64,000 nucleotides of DNA. It comes from a bacterium. Lineage in GTDB: Bacteria; UBA8248. Shown one piece after another: positions 62,870 to 64,000 of this stretch. Numbering within the stretch: position 1 is the stretch's first letter; each line of letters begins with the position of its first letter. The notes beneath the pieces are model-generated. The model saw nothing but the letters and a program-made list of their open reading frames with translations. It was not told the DNA's origin and did not search any database. Location: positions 192,001 through 256,000 of the forward strand of contig CBDBBI010000010.1 of assembly GCA_965202625.1 (NCBI GenBank), read 5' to 3'. A program made the position numbers and the translations under genes.

Positions 62870-64000
62870 ATGGATATCATCATCCGCGGTGGATACGTCG
62901 TCGATCCGTCCCAGGGTTTGGAAGGGACGCTGGACGTGGAAATCGCCGGCGGCCGCGTGCAGCGGGTGGCGCCCCGCATTGAGCCGGAGGGCAGGCGGAC
63001 GCTGAACGCCAGAGGAAAAATCGTCACCCCAGGGCTGGTGGACCTTCACTGCCACTTCTATGAGGGCATCACGCATTACGGCGTGAACCTCGAGGCGGCG
63101 ATGCTCTCGCGCGGGGTGACGACGGCGGTGGACACGGGAAGCGCCGGCGCGCGGACGTATCCGAGCTTTCAAAAATGGTTTCTGGAGAAGGCACGGCCCA
63201 TGGTTCGCGCCTATCTGAACATTTCCGAGGGAGGGCTTTTGATCGACGGCCTGGGCGAGAACGTGGACATGCGCGCGCTGCGGGTGGACAGGGCGGTGGA
63301 GTGCTATCAGGCGAATCGAAAATATCTCATCGGCATGAAGGTGCGCCTGAGCGACAACGTGGTGGAGCGCAGCGGCTCAAGGCCTCTGGACGCGGCACTT
63401 GAGGCGGCGCGGTTTCTGAAAGTCCCCCTCATGGCACACGTGGGAGATACGCCGTCCTCCCTGCCCAGCATTCTCAAGCGCCTTCGCCCGGGAGACGTGC
63501 TCACGCACGCGTTTCACGGCCGGGGGGAGAACATACTCGACAAAAGGGGCAAGGTGCGCCGCGCCGTTTGGGAGGCGAGAGACGCGGGCGTGCTGCTCGA
63601 CGTCGCCCACGGGCGCGCGAGCTTCAGCTTCGAGGTTTTGGAGAGGGCCATGGCCCAGGGACTGATGCCGGGAAATCTCAGCACGGACCTTCACGCGCAT
63701 TGCGTTCACGGGCCCGTTTATGATTTTCCGAACCTGATGAGCAAGTTTCTCGCCCTCGGGTTTCCCCTCTCGGAGGTGGTGCGCCTCAGCACGCAAACGG
63801 CGGCGGAGTGGATTGGCCTGAAGGGGGAGGCGGGAACGCTGAAGAGAGGCGCTCGAGGGGATGTGGCCGTGTTTCGGATGAAGGAGGGCAGGTTTGCGTT
63901 TGAAGACTCTCTGGGGGCGCGGCGCGCGGGGGATCGAATGCTTGAGGCGACGCACGTGGTCCTGGGCGGCAGGCTCTTGCGGCCGTCGGGGCCGGAGAAG
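62870..64000 (+). CDS. Amidohydrolase/deacetylase family metallohydrolase (dihydroorotase-like), runs off window end
   Basis: Not in the ORF track (no stop in window). Manual translation: MDIIIRGGYVVDPSQG..., VTPGLVDLHCH, GVTTAVDTGSAG, GMKVR, PLMAHVG, GDVLTHAFHG, DVAHG..SFSF, LSTDLH. Confidence 0.9.
   Translation, partial: MDIIIRGGYVVDPSQGLEGTLDVEIAGGRVQRVAPRIEPEGRRTLNARGKIVTPGLVDLHCHFYEGITHYGVNLEAAMLSRGVTTAVDTGSAGARTYPSFQKWFLEKARPMVRAYLNISEGGLLIDGLGENVDMRALRVDRAVECYQANRKYLIGMKVRLSDNVVERSGSRPLDAALEAARFLKVPLMAHVGDTPSSLPSILKRLRPGDVLTHAFHGRGENILDKRGKVRRAVWEARDAGVLLDVAHGRASFSFEVLERAMAQGLMPGNLSTDLHAHCVHGPVYDFPNLMSKFLALGFPLSEVVRLSTQTAAEWIGLKGEAGTLKRGARGDVAVFRMKEGRFAFEDSLGARRAGDRMLEATHVVLGGRLLRPSGPEK

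Overview
A 64 kb window of high-GC (roughly 60-65%) bacterial chromosome, mostly housekeeping and catabolic genes. Housekeeping: aroA, tenA, tag, pyrR, a CCA-adding enzyme, pdxA and comF. Catabolic: tandem acyl-CoA synthetases, tandem acyl-CoA dehydrogenases, three quinone oxidoreductases, TauE and EamA transporters, and a TAXI-TRAP / VOC / 2-hydroxyacid dehydrogenase / citrate synthase / aconitase / PrpF operon. Three accessory modules stand out. (1) A defence island at about 42.7-53.4 kb: a Hachiman-like PD-(D/E)xK nuclease plus Ski2-type helicase pair is nested, translationally coupled, between hsdS and hsdR of a type I RM system. It is preceded by a damaged Phd-like antitoxin and followed by a degenerate tRNA-fMet 3' end (att-like). 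(2) An AT-rich standalone 874 aa STAND/NB-ARC protein with an N-terminal RN-x4-H HEPN-like motif, a candidate NLR-like antiphage protein. (3) An operon placing a MoxR-type AAA+ ATPase and a vWA protein between the selenium-molybdenum hydroxylase maturation genes yqeB and yqeC, followed by xdhC. Also seen: several decayed genes (SNF2-like helicase remnant, amidohydrolase pseudogene, frameshifted citrate synthase that reads in frame into aconitase) and a diverged ~150 bp non-coding repeat in two copies. No rRNA, intact tRNA, CRISPR array, integrase or transposase was recognised. All family calls come from motif recognition by eye, not database searches.
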